This document shows positions 7,045 to 16,239 of a DNA stretch of 32,000 nt, piece after piece. The notes under the pieces are model-generated. The model was given only the letters and a program-made list of their open reading frames with translations. It was not told the DNA's origin and searched no databases. The stretch is from assembly GCA_900234795.1 (NCBI GenBank), contig LT962688.1:2310001-2342000 (forward strand). The letters are read 5' to 3'. Each line of letters opens with the position of its first letter. Position 1 is the first letter of the stretch. Origin of the DNA: Methylorubrum extorquens. GTDB lineage: Bacteria; Pseudomonadota; Alphaproteobacteria; Rhizobiales; Beijerinckiaceae. The position numbers were made by a program, and so were the translations under genes.

Positions 7045-8637
7045 ATGAGCGAGAACCGTCCGATTCTGACGACCCGTCAGGGCCATCCGGTCCGCGACAA
7101 CCAGAGCACGCGCACGGTCGGCGAGCGGGGCCCGGCGACGCTCGAGAACTACCAGTTCATCGAGAAGATCACCCATTTCGACCGCGAGCGCATTCCGGAG
7201 CGCGTGGTGCATGCCCGCGGCGCCGGCGCCCATGGCTGGTTCGAGGCCTATGGCAAGATCGGCGACGAGCCCGCGTCCAAGTACACCCGCGCCCGCGTGC
7301 TGAACGAGACTGGCGTGAAGACGCCGATGTTCGTGCGCTTCTCCACCGTGGCCGGCGCCAAGGAGAGCCCTGAGACCGAGCGCGACCCGCGCGGCTTCGC
7401 GGTGAAGTTTAAGACCGTCGACGGCAATTGGGACCTCGTGGGCAACAACCTCAAGGTCTTCTTCATCCGCGACGCGATCAAGTTCCCCGACATGATCCAC
7501 GCGTTCAAGCCGGACCCGGTGACGAACCGCCAGGAGGCGTGGCGCTTCTTCGACTTCGTGGCGCAGCACCCCGAAGCGATCCACATGGTCACCCACCTGA
7601 AGTCGCCGTGGGGCATTCCGGCCAACTATCGCGAGATGGAAGGATCGGGCGTCAACACCTACAAGCTGGTCAACGACCAGGGCGAGGCGGTGCTCTGCAA
7701 GTTCCACTGGGAGCCCAAGCAGGGCGTGCGCAACCTGACCTCGGCCCAGGCCTCCGAGATCCAGGCCAAGGATGTCGGCCACGCGACGCGTGACCTCTAC
7801 GACAACATCAAGGCTGGCAATTTCCCCGAGTGGGAATTCTGCGTGCAGATCATGCCCGATGGCCCGAACGACCACCTCTCGTTCGATCCGCTCGACGACA
7901 CGAAGCTGTGGCCGGTCGAGGATTTCCCGCTGCTGCCGGTCGGCCGCATGGTGCTGGACCGCGTGCCGGACAACTTCTTCGCGGAAGTCGAGCAGTCGGC
8001 CTTCGGCACGGGCGTGCTCGTGGACGGCATCGACTTCTCGGACGACAAGATGCTCCAGGGCCGGACGCTGTCCTACTCGGACACGCAGCGCTACCGCGTC
8101 GGCGCCAACTACCTGCAACTGCCGATCAACGCGCCGCAGCCCGGCGTGAAGGTCTACTCGAACCAGCGCGACGGTCAGATGACCTACAGCGTCGACGGCA
8201 CCGGCCCGAACCGTCACATCAACTACGAGCCCTCGACGCTCGCTGAGGGCCTGCGCGAGGCCCCCAAGCCGGCCAAGGATTACCACCAGCCGGTCCAGGG
8301 CAATCTCGGCCGCTACCAGACCTCGCGGACTGAGGACGACTACACCCAGGCCGGCGTTCGCTACCGCTCGTTCCAGGATTGGGAGCGTGAGGATCTGATC
8401 GCCAACCTCGTCGCCGACATGAAGCAGTGCCCCGAGCCGATCCAGCTTCGGATGGTCTGGCACTTCTGGCACGCCGACGAGGATTACGGCCGCCGCGTCG
8501 CCGAGGGCGCCGGGATCGATCTGGAGAAGGCCAAGGCCCTGCCGCCGCTGCCGGGCCGTGCCGCCCCGCATAAGCGTCTCCAGGCCGAGACCTACACCGA
8601 CGGCAGCACCGCCGCGCACAAGGTCGCCGCCGAGTAA
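7045..8637 (+). CDS. katA: Monofunctional heme catalase
   Basis: The 530-aa protein has [20 protein letters not shown] (distal His), [15 protein letters not shown], and the proximal-Tyr region [18 protein letters not shown] strong SD lies upstream and an intrinsic terminator downstream. Confidence 0.92.
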   Translation: MSENRPILTTRQGHPVRDNQSTRTVGERGPATLENYQFIEKITHFDRERIPERVVHARGAGAHGWFEAYGKIGDEPASKYTRARVLNETGVKTPMFVRFSTVAGAKESPETERDPRGFAVKFKTVDGNWDLVGNNLKVFFIRDAIKFPDMIHAFKPDPVTNRQEAWRFFDFVAQHPEAIHMVTHLKSPWGIPANYREMEGSGVNTYKLVNDQGEAVLCKFHWEPKQGVRNLTSAQASEIQAKDVGHATRDLYDNIKAGNFPEWEFCVQIMPDGPNDHLSFDPLDDTKLWPVEDFPLLPVGRMVLDRVPDNFFAEVEQSAFGTGVLVDGIDFSDDKMLQGRTLSYSDTQRYRVGANYLQLPINAPQPGVKVYSNQRDGQMTYSVDGTGPNRHINYEPSTLAEGLREAPKPAKDYHQPVQGNLGRYQTSRTEDDYTQAGVRYRSFQDWEREDLIANLVADMKQCPEPIQLRMVWHFWHADEDYGRRVAEGAGIDLEKAKALPPLPGRAAPHKRLQAETYTDGSTAAHKVAAE

Positions 8638-8657
8638 GGCGAACGGCCGAACGACGT

Positions 8658-8700
8658 AAAAAACCCCGCTCGACCATCCGGTCGGGCGGGGTTTCTTTTT
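8658..8700. terminator. Bidirectional intrinsic terminator between catalase and the convergent BA14K-family gene
   Basis: The sequence is AAAAAA-CCCCGCTCGACC-ATCC-GGTCGGGCGGGG-TTTCTTTTT. It forms a 12-bp stem (one G-U pair) with a 4-nt loop, a T-run on the plus strand and an A6 run (T6 on the minus strand) on the other side. Confidence 0.75.
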
Positions 8701-8747
8701 GGAAGAGGGCGGGAGCCCCAAGCTGAGGCTCCCATCGTCTTAGAGCC

Positions 8748-9523
8748 TTACGGGCAGGAGCGACGCACGCCGCGGCGGACGATGTAGGTCTGCGTCTGCG
8801 GGTCGTAGGTCTTGAAGCGGCGCGCGCACTCGGCCACCAAATCCTCGTCACCGCCGGGCGCGACACCAGTCGTCACCGTCTCGGTGCCGTAATAGCCGGC
8901 CGGTGCGTAGTAACCGTCATCGTAGCCGTATCCGCCATAGCCGTAGCCCGGATAGCCGTAGCTGCCGTAGAGGCTGCCCGCCGCGAGGCCGAGACCGGCG
9001 CCGAGTCCCAGCCCGAGGCCAACACCACCGTAGTCGTAACCCCGGCGATAGTAGCCGGCATTGCGCCAGCGGTTGCCGCCGTACCAGCCGCGCTGGCCGC
9101 CGTAGCCCGGTCGCACGCCCGCCACGCCGTTGCCGAAGCCCGGACGACCTGCGCCGAAGCCAGGGCGGCCGCCAAAAAGCCATCACCACGGAAGCCGCCA
9201 CCAGCGAGGCCAACGCCGCCGCCCCGGAACCCGCCGCCAGCGAGGCCCGCTCCGCCACCGCGGAAGCCGCCCCCGGCCAGACCGGCGCCGCCGCCGCGGA
9301 AACCACCACCGCCGATCCCGGCTCCACCACCGCGGAAGCCGCCCCCGGCAAAGCCGCCGCCGCGACCGAACCCGCTCACACCGCCCGCACCGAGCGCGCT
9401 CCGGAAATTGCCGCCGCCAAGGCCGCCGGAGCCGCCGACGCCGATCGGACGCGCGTCCGCGCTGGCCGGAAGATAGGCCAGGGCGCCCGCAAGGACGGCC
9501 GAGGCCAGGAAAATCTGTTTCAT
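8748..9523 (-). pseudogene. BA14K-family glycine-rich secreted protein with the reading frame interrupted at a homopolymer
   Basis: The N-terminal part is in the frame of ORF 8873..9559. ATG 9523, with AAGGGA upstream, gives signal peptide MKQIFLASAVLAGALAYLPASADA followed by GGGFRGGGAGLA repeats. The C-terminal part is in the frame of ORF 8748..9125. It has Gly/Tyr-rich sequence and then the BA14K-type motif ECARRFKTYDPQTQTYIVRRGVRRSC. The span is 776 nt (3n+2). Adding one T to the T5 run (A5 on plus, 9174-9178) gives a continuous ...FRGDGFFGGRPGFGAGRPGFGNG... protein. The 125-aa C-terminal ORF alone starts at GTG and lacks a signal peptide. Confidence 0.55.
9180..9346 (-). repeat. Imperfect 36-nt coding tandem repeats (about 4.5 units, GGGFRGGGAG[L/I][A/G])
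   Basis: The minus-strand translation reads GGGFRGGGAGIG GGGFRGGGAGLA GGGFRGGGAGLA GGGFRGGGVGLA GGGFRGDG. The repeats lie within the BA14K-family gene and end next to the frameshift site. Confidence 0.7.
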
Positions 9524-9620
9524 CGTCATTCCCTTGGAATTCGAGAGAATGGCCTGCACCGGTTTCCACCGGCGAAAAATGGGCCGTTATCTTGAGAACG
9601 CCGGGCGATGACGGATGATC

Positions 9621-11411
9621 CTACGGCCAAGATTGCGCGAATGTCGCGTATGCGTTGCAATTCACGCGCGGTCGTCTCGAAAGCTCCGCAGCCTCACCTT
9701 GGCCGTTACGTCCGGCGGCGGCGCGCGCGGCGAGCGCGATCAGGAGGCAGCCGATGAGGCCGGCCCCGAAGGGCAGATCGCCGAAGGCGGCGTAGAGGGT
9801 GCGACCCGGTAGCCTTGCCGGCAGCCCCGCATCGAGCACGCCCTCGATCCCGAGCGGAAGGCTCGCGATGACCCGGCCATGGGCGTCGACCACCGCCGAG
9901 ATGCCGGAATTGGCATCGCGAACCAGCGGCAGCCCCTCTTCCACCGCCCGCAGCCGGCTCTGCGCGAAGTGCTGGCGCGGGCCCGGCGTATCGCCGAACC
10001 ACGCATCGTTGGTGAGGTTGAGGATCAGTCCCGGCACGGCGGGCGCACCCTCGGCCGGATCGGGCGGCAGGATCGCGCCGGGAAAGATCGCCTCGTAGCA
10101 GATCGTCGCCGCCACCGGCGGCAGGCCCGGCACGTTGAGGATGCGCTGGCCGGCGCGATCTCCGGCGGTGAAGCCACCGGGGATGGACACGAACTGGCGC
10201 AGGCCCAGAGCCCGCAGCAGCGCATCGAGCGGCCCCGGCAGGTATTCGCCGAAGGGGACGAGGTGGACCTTGTCGTAGAGGTCGCCGAAGCGCCCGCCCG
10301 CGCCGATCGTCAGGATCGAGTTGAAGAAGACGGCGTTCTCGCGGGTCAGCCGCTCGCCATCGGGCAGTTCGCGCACTCGCGCGGCGCCGGTGATGAGCTG
10401 CTTGCCCTCGGGCAAAGCCGCACCGATCCGGCCGAGCGCCTGTGGATCGCGCTGGATCAGGAACGGGAAGGCCGATTCCGGCCAGATCAGGTGGGTGACG
10501 TCGGCGATGCCGGTGCGGTCGGGCGAGAGCGCGCGGTCGCTGAGTTCGAGATACTTGCCGACGATCCGCTCGCGGTTCTCCGAGCCGAACTTGTCGTCCT
10601 GCGGGATGTTGGGCTGGATCAGCCGCAGGCGCACGCCCGCCACTGTCGGATCGGGCGCGGACGGCACGCGCCCGGCGCCGTAGGCGGCAAGCCCCGCCAG
10701 CGCGAGGAGTGCGGCCAGTACCGGCCCGAACCGGCCCCGCGGCGTCGCGCCGGTGGCGAGCGTCGCGGGCGCGGCGGCGATCAGCACCGCGAGCAGCGTC
10801 AGGCCGTAGAGGCCGACGAGCGACGCGGCTTGCATCGTCCAGAGATTGCCCCCGAGCGCCATGCCGAGGGTGTTCCAGGGAAAGCCCGTCAGGATATGCC
10901 CGCGCAGCCACTCGGCGGCGGCGAGGCCGAAGGCCAGCGCCGCGATGCGGGCGGCCCCCCGCGACCAGACGAGGCGCGCGAGGGCAAAGCCCGCGGCGAA
11001 GAACAGGGCGAGCACCGCCGGCAGGCCGACGACGCCGAGCGGCAGCGCCCAGGCGAACTGGTCCGCCTCGACGAGGAAGGCGGCGCCGAGCCACCACAAA
11101 CCGGCGGTGAAGTAGCCGAAGCCCCAGGCCCAGCCGATTCCGGCACAGACGCCCAGGGTGCGCCGGCCGGAGCCATCGATCGCCGCCCCGTCGATCAGCC
11201 AGACGGCGATCGAGAGCGATACGACGAGCGCGGGGAACAGCCCATAGGGCGGCATCGCCAGCGCGCCGCAGGCGCCGGTCGCGACGGCGATCGCGGCCCG
11301 CGTCCATCCCTGGCTCAGGATGATCCGATGCGCGATGGCCTCGAAGAGGCCGATCCGCGCTGCAGCCGGGCCTGTTCCGGCGCCGGCTGCGCGGCCAAGC
11401 GGAGCGGTCAT
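9621..11411 (-). CDS. lnt: Apolipoprotein N-acyltransferase
   Basis: It has a multi-TM N-terminal half followed by a CN-hydrolase domain with LIWPESAFPF (Glu), DKVHLVPFGEYLP (Lys) and ATICYEAIFPG (Cys). ATG is at 11411. It is the last gene of the conserved ybeZ-ybeY-corC-lnt cluster. Confidence 0.9.
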   Translation of the reverse strand: MTAPLGRAAGAGTGPAAARIGLFEAIAHRIILSQGWTRAAIAVATGACGALAMPPYGLFPALVVSLSIAVWLIDGAAIDGSGRRTLGVCAGIGWAWGFGYFTAGLWWLGAAFLVEADQFAWALPLGVVGLPAVLALFFAAGFALARLVWSRGAARIAALAFGLAAAEWLRGHILTGFPWNTLGMALGGNLWTMQAASLVGLYGLTLLAVLIAAAPATLATGATPRGRFGPVLAALLALAGLAAYGAGRVPSAPDPTVAGVRLRLIQPNIPQDDKFGSENRERIVGKYLELSDRALSPDRTGIADVTHLIWPESAFPFLIQRDPQALGRIGAALPEGKQLITGAARVRELPDGERLTRENAVFFNSILTIGAGGRFGDLYDKVHLVPFGEYLPGPLDALLRALGLRQFVSIPGGFTAGDRAGQRILNVPGLPPVAATICYEAIFPGAILPPDPAEGAPAVPGLILNLTNDAWFGDTPGPRQHFAQSRLRAVEEGLPLVRDANSGISAVVDAHGRVIASLPLGIEGVLDAGLPARLPGRTLYAAFGDLPFGAGLIGCLLIALAARAAAGRNGQGEAAELSRRPRVNCNAYATFAQSWP

Positions 11412-11439
11412 GCCGTGTCGCTTCGGTTCCGTTGTGTCT

Positions 11440-12588
11440 TCAGCGCCCGGCCTCGGCGGCCTGCGCTGCGTCCGTGTCGGGTGCTTGCGGCGCCGCCGGG
11501 CGGGGCGGCGGCAGGGCGAGCGGCACGACGGTGCCGATCTTGGCCTGCGCGCGCTGGAGCTTGATCCGCTTCACCCGCCGGGGATCGGCGTCGAGCACCT
11601 CGAACTCGATGTCGTCGGGACCGGGGATCCGCTCGCCGCGGGCCGGAACCCGGCCGGCTAGCGTCACGATCAGGCCGCCGATCGTGTCGATCTCTTCCGC
11701 GAGTTCCCCGAAGGCGGCGGCGAGATCGAGGCCGGTGGCCGCCGACACCTCCGCGAGCCCGGCGCGGGCGTCGGCGATATAGGCCTCCGTCTCGCCTTCC
11801 ATGCGGTTGACGAGCTGGCCCTCGGCCACGTCGTGCTCGTCCTCGATGTCGCCGACGACCATCTCGATCAGATCCTCGATCGAGATCAGCCCGTCGGTGC
11901 CGCCATACTCGTCGATGACCAGCGCCATGTGGGTGCGCGTGGCCTGCATCCGCACCAGCAGGTCGATCGCCGGCATGGAGGGCGGCACGAACAGGACCGG
12001 GCGCTGGATGCGGGTGGAGGCCAGGGTCGCGGTAAGATCGACCTTGCCGAGATCAAGGCTGCGCAGGGCGCCGCGGGCGGAGGCCGTGCGGCGCGGGCGC
12101 GGCGTGGGCTTGGCCTCGGCGCCGGTGGCCACCACAGGCTGCGGCGCGGCCCGGCGCGGGGCGGCTTCCGCCTGGGTGGCGAGGTATTCCACGAAGTCGC
12201 GGATGTGGACCATGCCGCGGGGATCATCGAGGGTTTCGCCGTAGACCGGCAGGCGCGAATGGCCGGCGGTGCGGAACAGCTTCAGGAGATCGCCGAGGCT
12301 GGTGTCGCTGGCCACCGCCACGATGTCGGCGCGGGGCAGCATCACATCATCGACGCGCACCTTATGCAGCCCGAGCACGTTCTTGAGCATGGCGCGCTCA
12401 AGGGGAGAGAAGGCGTCCTCACCCGTGTCGGGCTCGGCCAAGGCCTCCTCGATGTCGGTGCGCAGAGAGTCGCGCGGACGCATTTGGAAGACGTTCAGCA
12501 GACGATCGTACCACGCCTCGCGTGGGGGCGGTTCGGCGTCCGCGGCTGGCGCGGCCAGGGCCGCGCCGCGACTTCGGTCGTTGGTCAT
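11440..12588 (-). CDS. corC: CorC/HlyC-family protein (CBS pair + CorC_HlyC transporter-associated domain)
   Basis: Motifs present are VRVDDVMLPRADIVAV, HSRLPVYGETLDDPRGMVHIRD, THMALVIDEYGGTDGLISIEDLIEMVVGDIEDEHD, and the C-terminal IEFEVLDADPRRVKRIKL. There is no DUF21 TM domain. An Ala/Pro/Arg-rich insert lies between the two CBS motifs. Confidence 0.85.
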   Translation of the reverse strand: MTNDRSRGAALAAPAADAEPPPREAWYDRLLNVFQMRPRDSLRTDIEEALAEPDTGEDAFSPLERAMLKNVLGLHKVRVDDVMLPRADIVAVASDTSLGDLLKLFRTAGHSRLPVYGETLDDPRGMVHIRDFVEYLATQAEAAPRRAAPQPVVATGAEAKPTPRPRRTASARGALRSLDLGKVDLTATLASTRIQRPVLFVPPSMPAIDLLVRMQATRTHMALVIDEYGGTDGLISIEDLIEMVVGDIEDEHDVAEGQLVNRMEGETEAYIADARAGLAEVSAATGLDLAAAFGELAEEIDTIGGLIVTLAGRVPARGERIPGPDDIEFEVLDADPRRVKRIKLQRAQAKIGTVVPLALPPPRPAAPQAPDTDAAQAAEAGR

Positions 12589-12624
12589 GGGTCTCTAGGT
12601 TGGATTCGGCGGGAGTGCCGGAGA

Positions 12625-13110
12625 TCAGTCGTCGTACGGGTTTGGAACGCCGAGTGCGCGGAGCGCGGCGACCTCGAGCGCCTCCATGGCGTCGGCCTCA
12701 GCCTCGCCGGTCTCATGGTCCTGTCCGAGAAGGTGAAGGGTGCCATGGACGAGGAGGTGGGCGAAATGGTGCTCGAAGGGCTTCGACTGCTCCGCACTCT
12801 CGCGCACGAGCGTGTCATACGCAAGAACCACGTCGCCGAGAGGCCGCGCCAGACCCGGCTGGGACGGTTGCTCCGCGGCCGGAAACGATAACACGTTGGT
12901 GGGTTTATCCTTGTTCCGCCACGTGCGGTTCAGCTCCTGGACGGTGGCGTCATCGGCGAGCAGGACGCTCACTTCGACGGGTCCGGCGGCCGAATCGGGT
13001 AGAATCGCCAATCCCGCCTCGACGGCCCGCAGCGTGAACGCCTCCAACTCGGGGATCGCCTGTTCCCAGCGCGCATCCTCGACGGCGATGTCGATCTCGT
13101 TGTCGCTCAT
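12625..13110 (-). CDS. ybeY: rRNA maturation endoribonuclease YbeY
   Basis: The 161-aa protein has the zinc-binding motif HLLVHGTLHLLGQDHE (HxxxHxxxxxH). Confidence 0.92.
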   Translation of the reverse strand: MSDNEIDIAVEDARWEQAIPELEAFTLRAVEAGLAILPDSAAGPVEVSVLLADDATVQELNRTWRNKDKPTNVLSFPAAEQPSQPGLARPLGDVVLAYDTLVRESAEQSKPFEHHFAHLLVHGTLHLLGQDHETGEAEADAMEALEVAALRALGVPNPYDD

Positions 13111-13179
13111 GTGTGGTTTCTGGTCGGTACCGTCAACGCCTGTGCGGTGCCCGTAGGCCGCCGCGATTGATGTCGCCCG

Positions 13180-14286
13180 TCACGCCAGCGGCCGGCGCCG
13201 CGGGTTCGGGTTGCGGTCGGACTCGCCCTCGCCGTGGGCGGCGGATTCGTAGGCGGTGACGATGCGGCGCACGAGGTCGTGGCGCACCACGTCGACGTCG
13301 CGGAAGCGCACGCGGCCGATGCCCTCGACGCCGTCGAGCACGTTGACCGCCTCGACGAGGCCGGATTTCTGGCCCGGCGGCAGGTCGATCTGGCTGGGAT
13401 CGCCGGTGATGATCATGCGGGAGTTCTCGCCCAACCGGGTCAGGAACATCTTCATCTGCATGGAGGTGGTGTTCTGCGCCTCATCGAGCAGCACCACGGC
13501 ATTGGTCAGGGTGCGCCCGCGCATGAAGGCGAGCGGGGCGATCTCGATGATGCCGGTCTGGAGGCCGCGATCGACGTGGCGCGCCTCCATGAAATCGTAG
13601 AGCGCGTCGTAGATCGGGCGAAGATAGGGATCGACCTTCTCGCGCATGTCGCCGGGCAGGAAGCCGAGCCGTTCGCCGGCCTCGACGGCCGGGCGCGACA
13701 GGATCAGCCGCTCGGCATGGCCCTGCTCCAGCAGCGAGACGGCGTGGCCGACCGCGAGCCAGGTTTTGCCGGTGCCGGCGGGGCCTTCAGCGAAGACGAG
13801 TTCGTTGGCGCGCAGCAGCTTGATGTAGTCGCTCTGCGCGGCGTTGCGGGCGCGCACGGCGCCGCGCTTGCGGGTGGCGATCTGCTCGAACTGCTCGCGG
13901 CCGTTTTCCGTCGCGATCTCGGCGGAGGGGAACAGGTTGCCCTGGACGGTGACCTCTTGGATCACCCCGTCCACGTCGCCGAGCGTCAGGGTCGTGCCGG
14001 CCTTCTGCACTCGGGTGTAGAGCCGCTCGAACACGCGCCGCGCCTTCTCGGCGGCCTCGGGCGAGCCCTTGACCACGAGGTGGTTGCCGAGCGCCGTGCC
14101 GGTGATGCCGAGGCGCCGCTCGATATGGGCGACGTTCTGGTCGTACTGGCCGAAGACGAGGCTGGCGAGCCGGTTGTCGTCGAAGGTGAGCGAGACCTCT
14201 ACGGCCTCGGCGAGACCCGGACGCCCCGGTGAGGGGCGGTTGTTGCGGCCGGCAGGGCCACGGGCGGACGCAACGTCAATCGGCAC
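13180..14286 (-). CDS. phoH: PhoH-family ATPase (YbeZ)
   Basis: It has Walker A FAEGPAGTGKTWLAV and Walker B VLLDEAQNTT, plus ITGDPSQIDLP. The track start at 14286 is GTG and the true start is uncertain. Confidence 0.88.
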   Translation of the reverse strand: MPIDVASARGPAGRNNRPSPGRPGLAEAVEVSLTFDDNRLASLVFGQYDQNVAHIERRLGITGTALGNHLVVKGSPEAAEKARRVFERLYTRVQKAGTTLTLGDVDGVIQEVTVQGNLFPSAEIATENGREQFEQIATRKRGAVRARNAAQSDYIKLLRANELVFAEGPAGTGKTWLAVGHAVSLLEQGHAERLILSRPAVEAGERLGFLPGDMREKVDPYLRPIYDALYDFMEARHVDRGLQTGIIEIAPLAFMRGRTLTNAVVLLDEAQNTTSMQMKMFLTRLGENSRMIITGDPSQIDLPPGQKSGLVEAVNVLDGVEGIGRVRFRDVDVVRHDLVRRIVTAYESAAHGEGESDRNPNPRRRPLA

Positions 14287-14322
14287 GCGAGAGATCCGGC
14301 ATGGTGATGGGCCTCATATAGG

Positions 14323-15663
14323 TCACGCGGCCGCCGCCGCACCCTCCAGCGCTTCGCCGAACAGGCTGTTGGAGCCCGCACGCGTAATCCGCACCGGCAC
14401 CACCGTGCCGATGGTCGAGGCCGGCGCATCGAACTGCACCGCCTGGAGATGCGGCGTCTTGCCCGCGACCTGACCGGGATGCCGGCCGGTTTTCTCGACC
14501 AGGATCTCGGCGAGCGTGCCGACACTCGCCGCGTTGTAAGCGTGGCGCTGGCGGTCGAGGAGGTCTTGGAGGGCGGCGAGCCGCTCGGTCTTCACCGCCT
14601 CCGGCACCGCATCCTCGCGTTCCGCCGCGGGCGTGCCGGCCCGCGGGCTGTACTTGAATGAGAACGCCGCCGAAAAGCCGATATCGGAGACGAGCCGCAT
14701 GGTCTCGGCGAAATCGGCATCGGTCTCGCCGGGGAAGCCGACGATGAAGTCCGAGGACAGGGCGATGTCGGGCCGCGCATTCCGGATGCGCTCGATCAGC
14801 CGGCGGTAGGCGTCGCCCGTGTGGCGCCGGTTCATCGCCTGGAGGATGCGGTCCGAGCCCGACTGCACCGGCAGGTGCAGGTAGGGCATCACCAGCGGGT
14901 TTTTTTCGTGCGCGGCGATGAGGTCGTCGGCGAAGTCGTTGGGGTGGCTCGTGGTGTAGCGCAGGCGCAGGAGGCCCGGCACCGCGCAGAGCGCGTCCAT
15001 CAGGTGGCCGAGGGTCGCGGGTGCGCCGTCCGGCCCGTCGCCGTGATAGGCGTTGACGTTCTGGCCGATGAGGGTGATCTCGCGCACCCCGCCCTCGACG
15101 AGGCGGCGTGCCTCGTCCACCACCGCCGCCACCGAGCGCGAGACCTCCGCACCGCGGGTATAGGGCACGACGCAGAAGGCGCAGAACTTGTCGCAGCCCT
15201 CCTGCACAGTGAGGAAGCCGGTGACGCCGCGGTTGCGCCGGGCGGGCAGGTGGTCGAACTTGTCCTCGGCCGGAAATTCGGTGTCGACGACGCGAGTCTC
15301 GCGGGACTGGCGGAGCAAATCGGGCAGGCGGTGATAGCTCTGCGGGCCGACGACGACATCGACCGCCGGTGCGCGCGAGAGAATCTCGCGGCCTTCCGCC
15401 TGGGCGACGCAGCCCGCGACCACGATGCGCGTATCCTGCCCGCTCTCGGCCCGCTCGCCCTTCAGCACGCGCAGGCGCCCGAGTTCGGAATAAACCTTCT
15501 CGGCGGCCTTCTCACGGATGTGGCAGGTGTTGAGGACGACGACATCGGCCTCCTCGACCGTGTCCGTCGCGCTGTAGCCCTCGGCCGCCAGCACGTCGGC
15601 CATGCGGCCGGCATCGTAGGCGTTCATCTGACAGCCGTAGGACTTGACGTAGGCTTTCTTCAA
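14323..15663 (-). CDS. miaB: tRNA-2-methylthio-N6-dimethylallyladenosine synthase
   Basis: The N-terminus reads [16 protein letters not shown], the radical-SAM motif is CDKFCAFC, and a C-terminal TRAM region is present. The start codon at 15663 is TTG. Confidence 0.93.
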   Translation of the reverse strand: MKKAYVKSYGCQMNAYDAGRMADVLAAEGYSATDTVEEADVVVLNTCHIREKAAEKVYSELGRLRVLKGERAESGQDTRIVVAGCVAQAEGREILSRAPAVDVVVGPQSYHRLPDLLRQSRETRVVDTEFPAEDKFDHLPARRNRGVTGFLTVQEGCDKFCAFCVVPYTRGAEVSRSVAAVVDEARRLVEGGVREITLIGQNVNAYHGDGPDGAPATLGHLMDALCAVPGLLRLRYTTSHPNDFADDLIAAHEKNPLVMPYLHLPVQSGSDRILQAMNRRHTGDAYRRLIERIRNARPDIALSSDFIVGFPGETDADFAETMRLVSDIGFSAAFSFKYSPRAGTPAAEREDAVPEAVKTERLAALQDLLDRQRHAYNAASVGTLAEILVEKTGRHPGQVAGKTPHLQAVQFDAPASTIGTVVPVRITRAGSNSLFGEALEGAAAAA

Positions 15664-15794
15664 GATCGCAACCCTGCCGCCGGCGGGCGGTGATTTTTTG
15701 AGGATTTTTGCTCGACAGGCCCTCTATCACGGTTCGGCCGCCGACACGATTCTCTCAGCGATCCGAACTTTCGCCCCTTCGAAAAGGTCCGCCC

Positions 15795-16235
15795 GTGAGG
15801 CTTGCCGAAGATCCCGCCTTCTTCGCCCTGCTGACCGGGAGCTTCCTGCGCCTCGTCGGCCGCCCGCTCATCCCTGCGCCGGATCTCGGGCCGGACTGGC
15901 TCTACGCGCAAGCGCCCTTCGCGGTCCTGGCTCACGACACGAGCGCCGACCCGCTCTTCGTCTACGCCAACCGGGCGGCGCAGCGGGCCTTCGGTTACGA
16001 CTGGGCTGAGATCGTCGGGATGCCCTCGCGGCTCTCGGCCGAGGCGCCGGAACGGGCCGAGCGCCAGCGCCTGCTCGATGCGGTCGCCGGCGACGGATTC
16101 GTCTCGGATTATGCAGGCATTCGCGTTGCCAAGGATGGGCGGCGCTTCCCGGTCACCGCGGGCATCGTCTGGCAACTCGTGGATGAGGGCGGGATCGTTC
16201 GCGGCCAGGCGGCGACCTTCCCGCTGCCGGCCTGA
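15795..16235 (+). CDS. MEKHLA (PAS-like) domain protein
   Basis: The sequence FFALLTGSFLRLVGRPL...APFAVLAHDTSADPLFVYANRAAQRAFGYDWAEIVGMPSRLSAE...ERQRLLD...GFVSDYAGIRVAKDGRRF matches my recollection of stand-alone bacterial MEKHLA proteins. I chose GTG 15795, preceded by GAAAAGG. The track start at 15708 would add 29 aa. Confidence 0.65.
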   Translation: MRLAEDPAFFALLTGSFLRLVGRPLIPAPDLGPDWLYAQAPFAVLAHDTSADPLFVYANRAAQRAFGYDWAEIVGMPSRLSAEAPERAERQRLLDAVAGDGFVSDYAGIRVAKDGRRFPVTAGIVWQLVDEGGIVRGQAATFPLPA

Positions 16236-16239
16236 GCGG

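Noticed and set aside
6955-8721. 588-aa minus-strand ORF antisense to the catalase gene
   Set aside because: It overlaps an unambiguous catalase in the opposite strand. The low-complexity Arg/Gly/Val/Leu translation has no motifs. It is a high-GC artefact.
9173-9181. Programmed -1 ribosomal frameshift at GGC TTT TTG in the BA14K-family gene
   Set aside because: The sequence C_TTT_TTG does not fit the X_XXY_YYZ slippery heptamer, and I see no convincing downstream stimulatory structure beyond generic GC-rich pairing. An indel or sequencing error at the homopolymer is more parsimonious. It is kept only as a low-probability alternative in the finding.
9180-9346. Possible CRISPR-like or non-coding repeat array
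   Set aside because: The 36-nt units are contiguous with no spacers, are imperfect, and lie in frame within a glycine-rich coding sequence. There are no cas genes in the window.
9706-11564. 533-aa (minus, alternative frame) and 561-aa (plus) ORFs overlapping lnt
   Set aside because: Lnt motifs (WPESAFP, VPFGEY, ICYE) are found only in the 9621..11411 frame. The other frames are Arg/Pro/Ala-rich noise.
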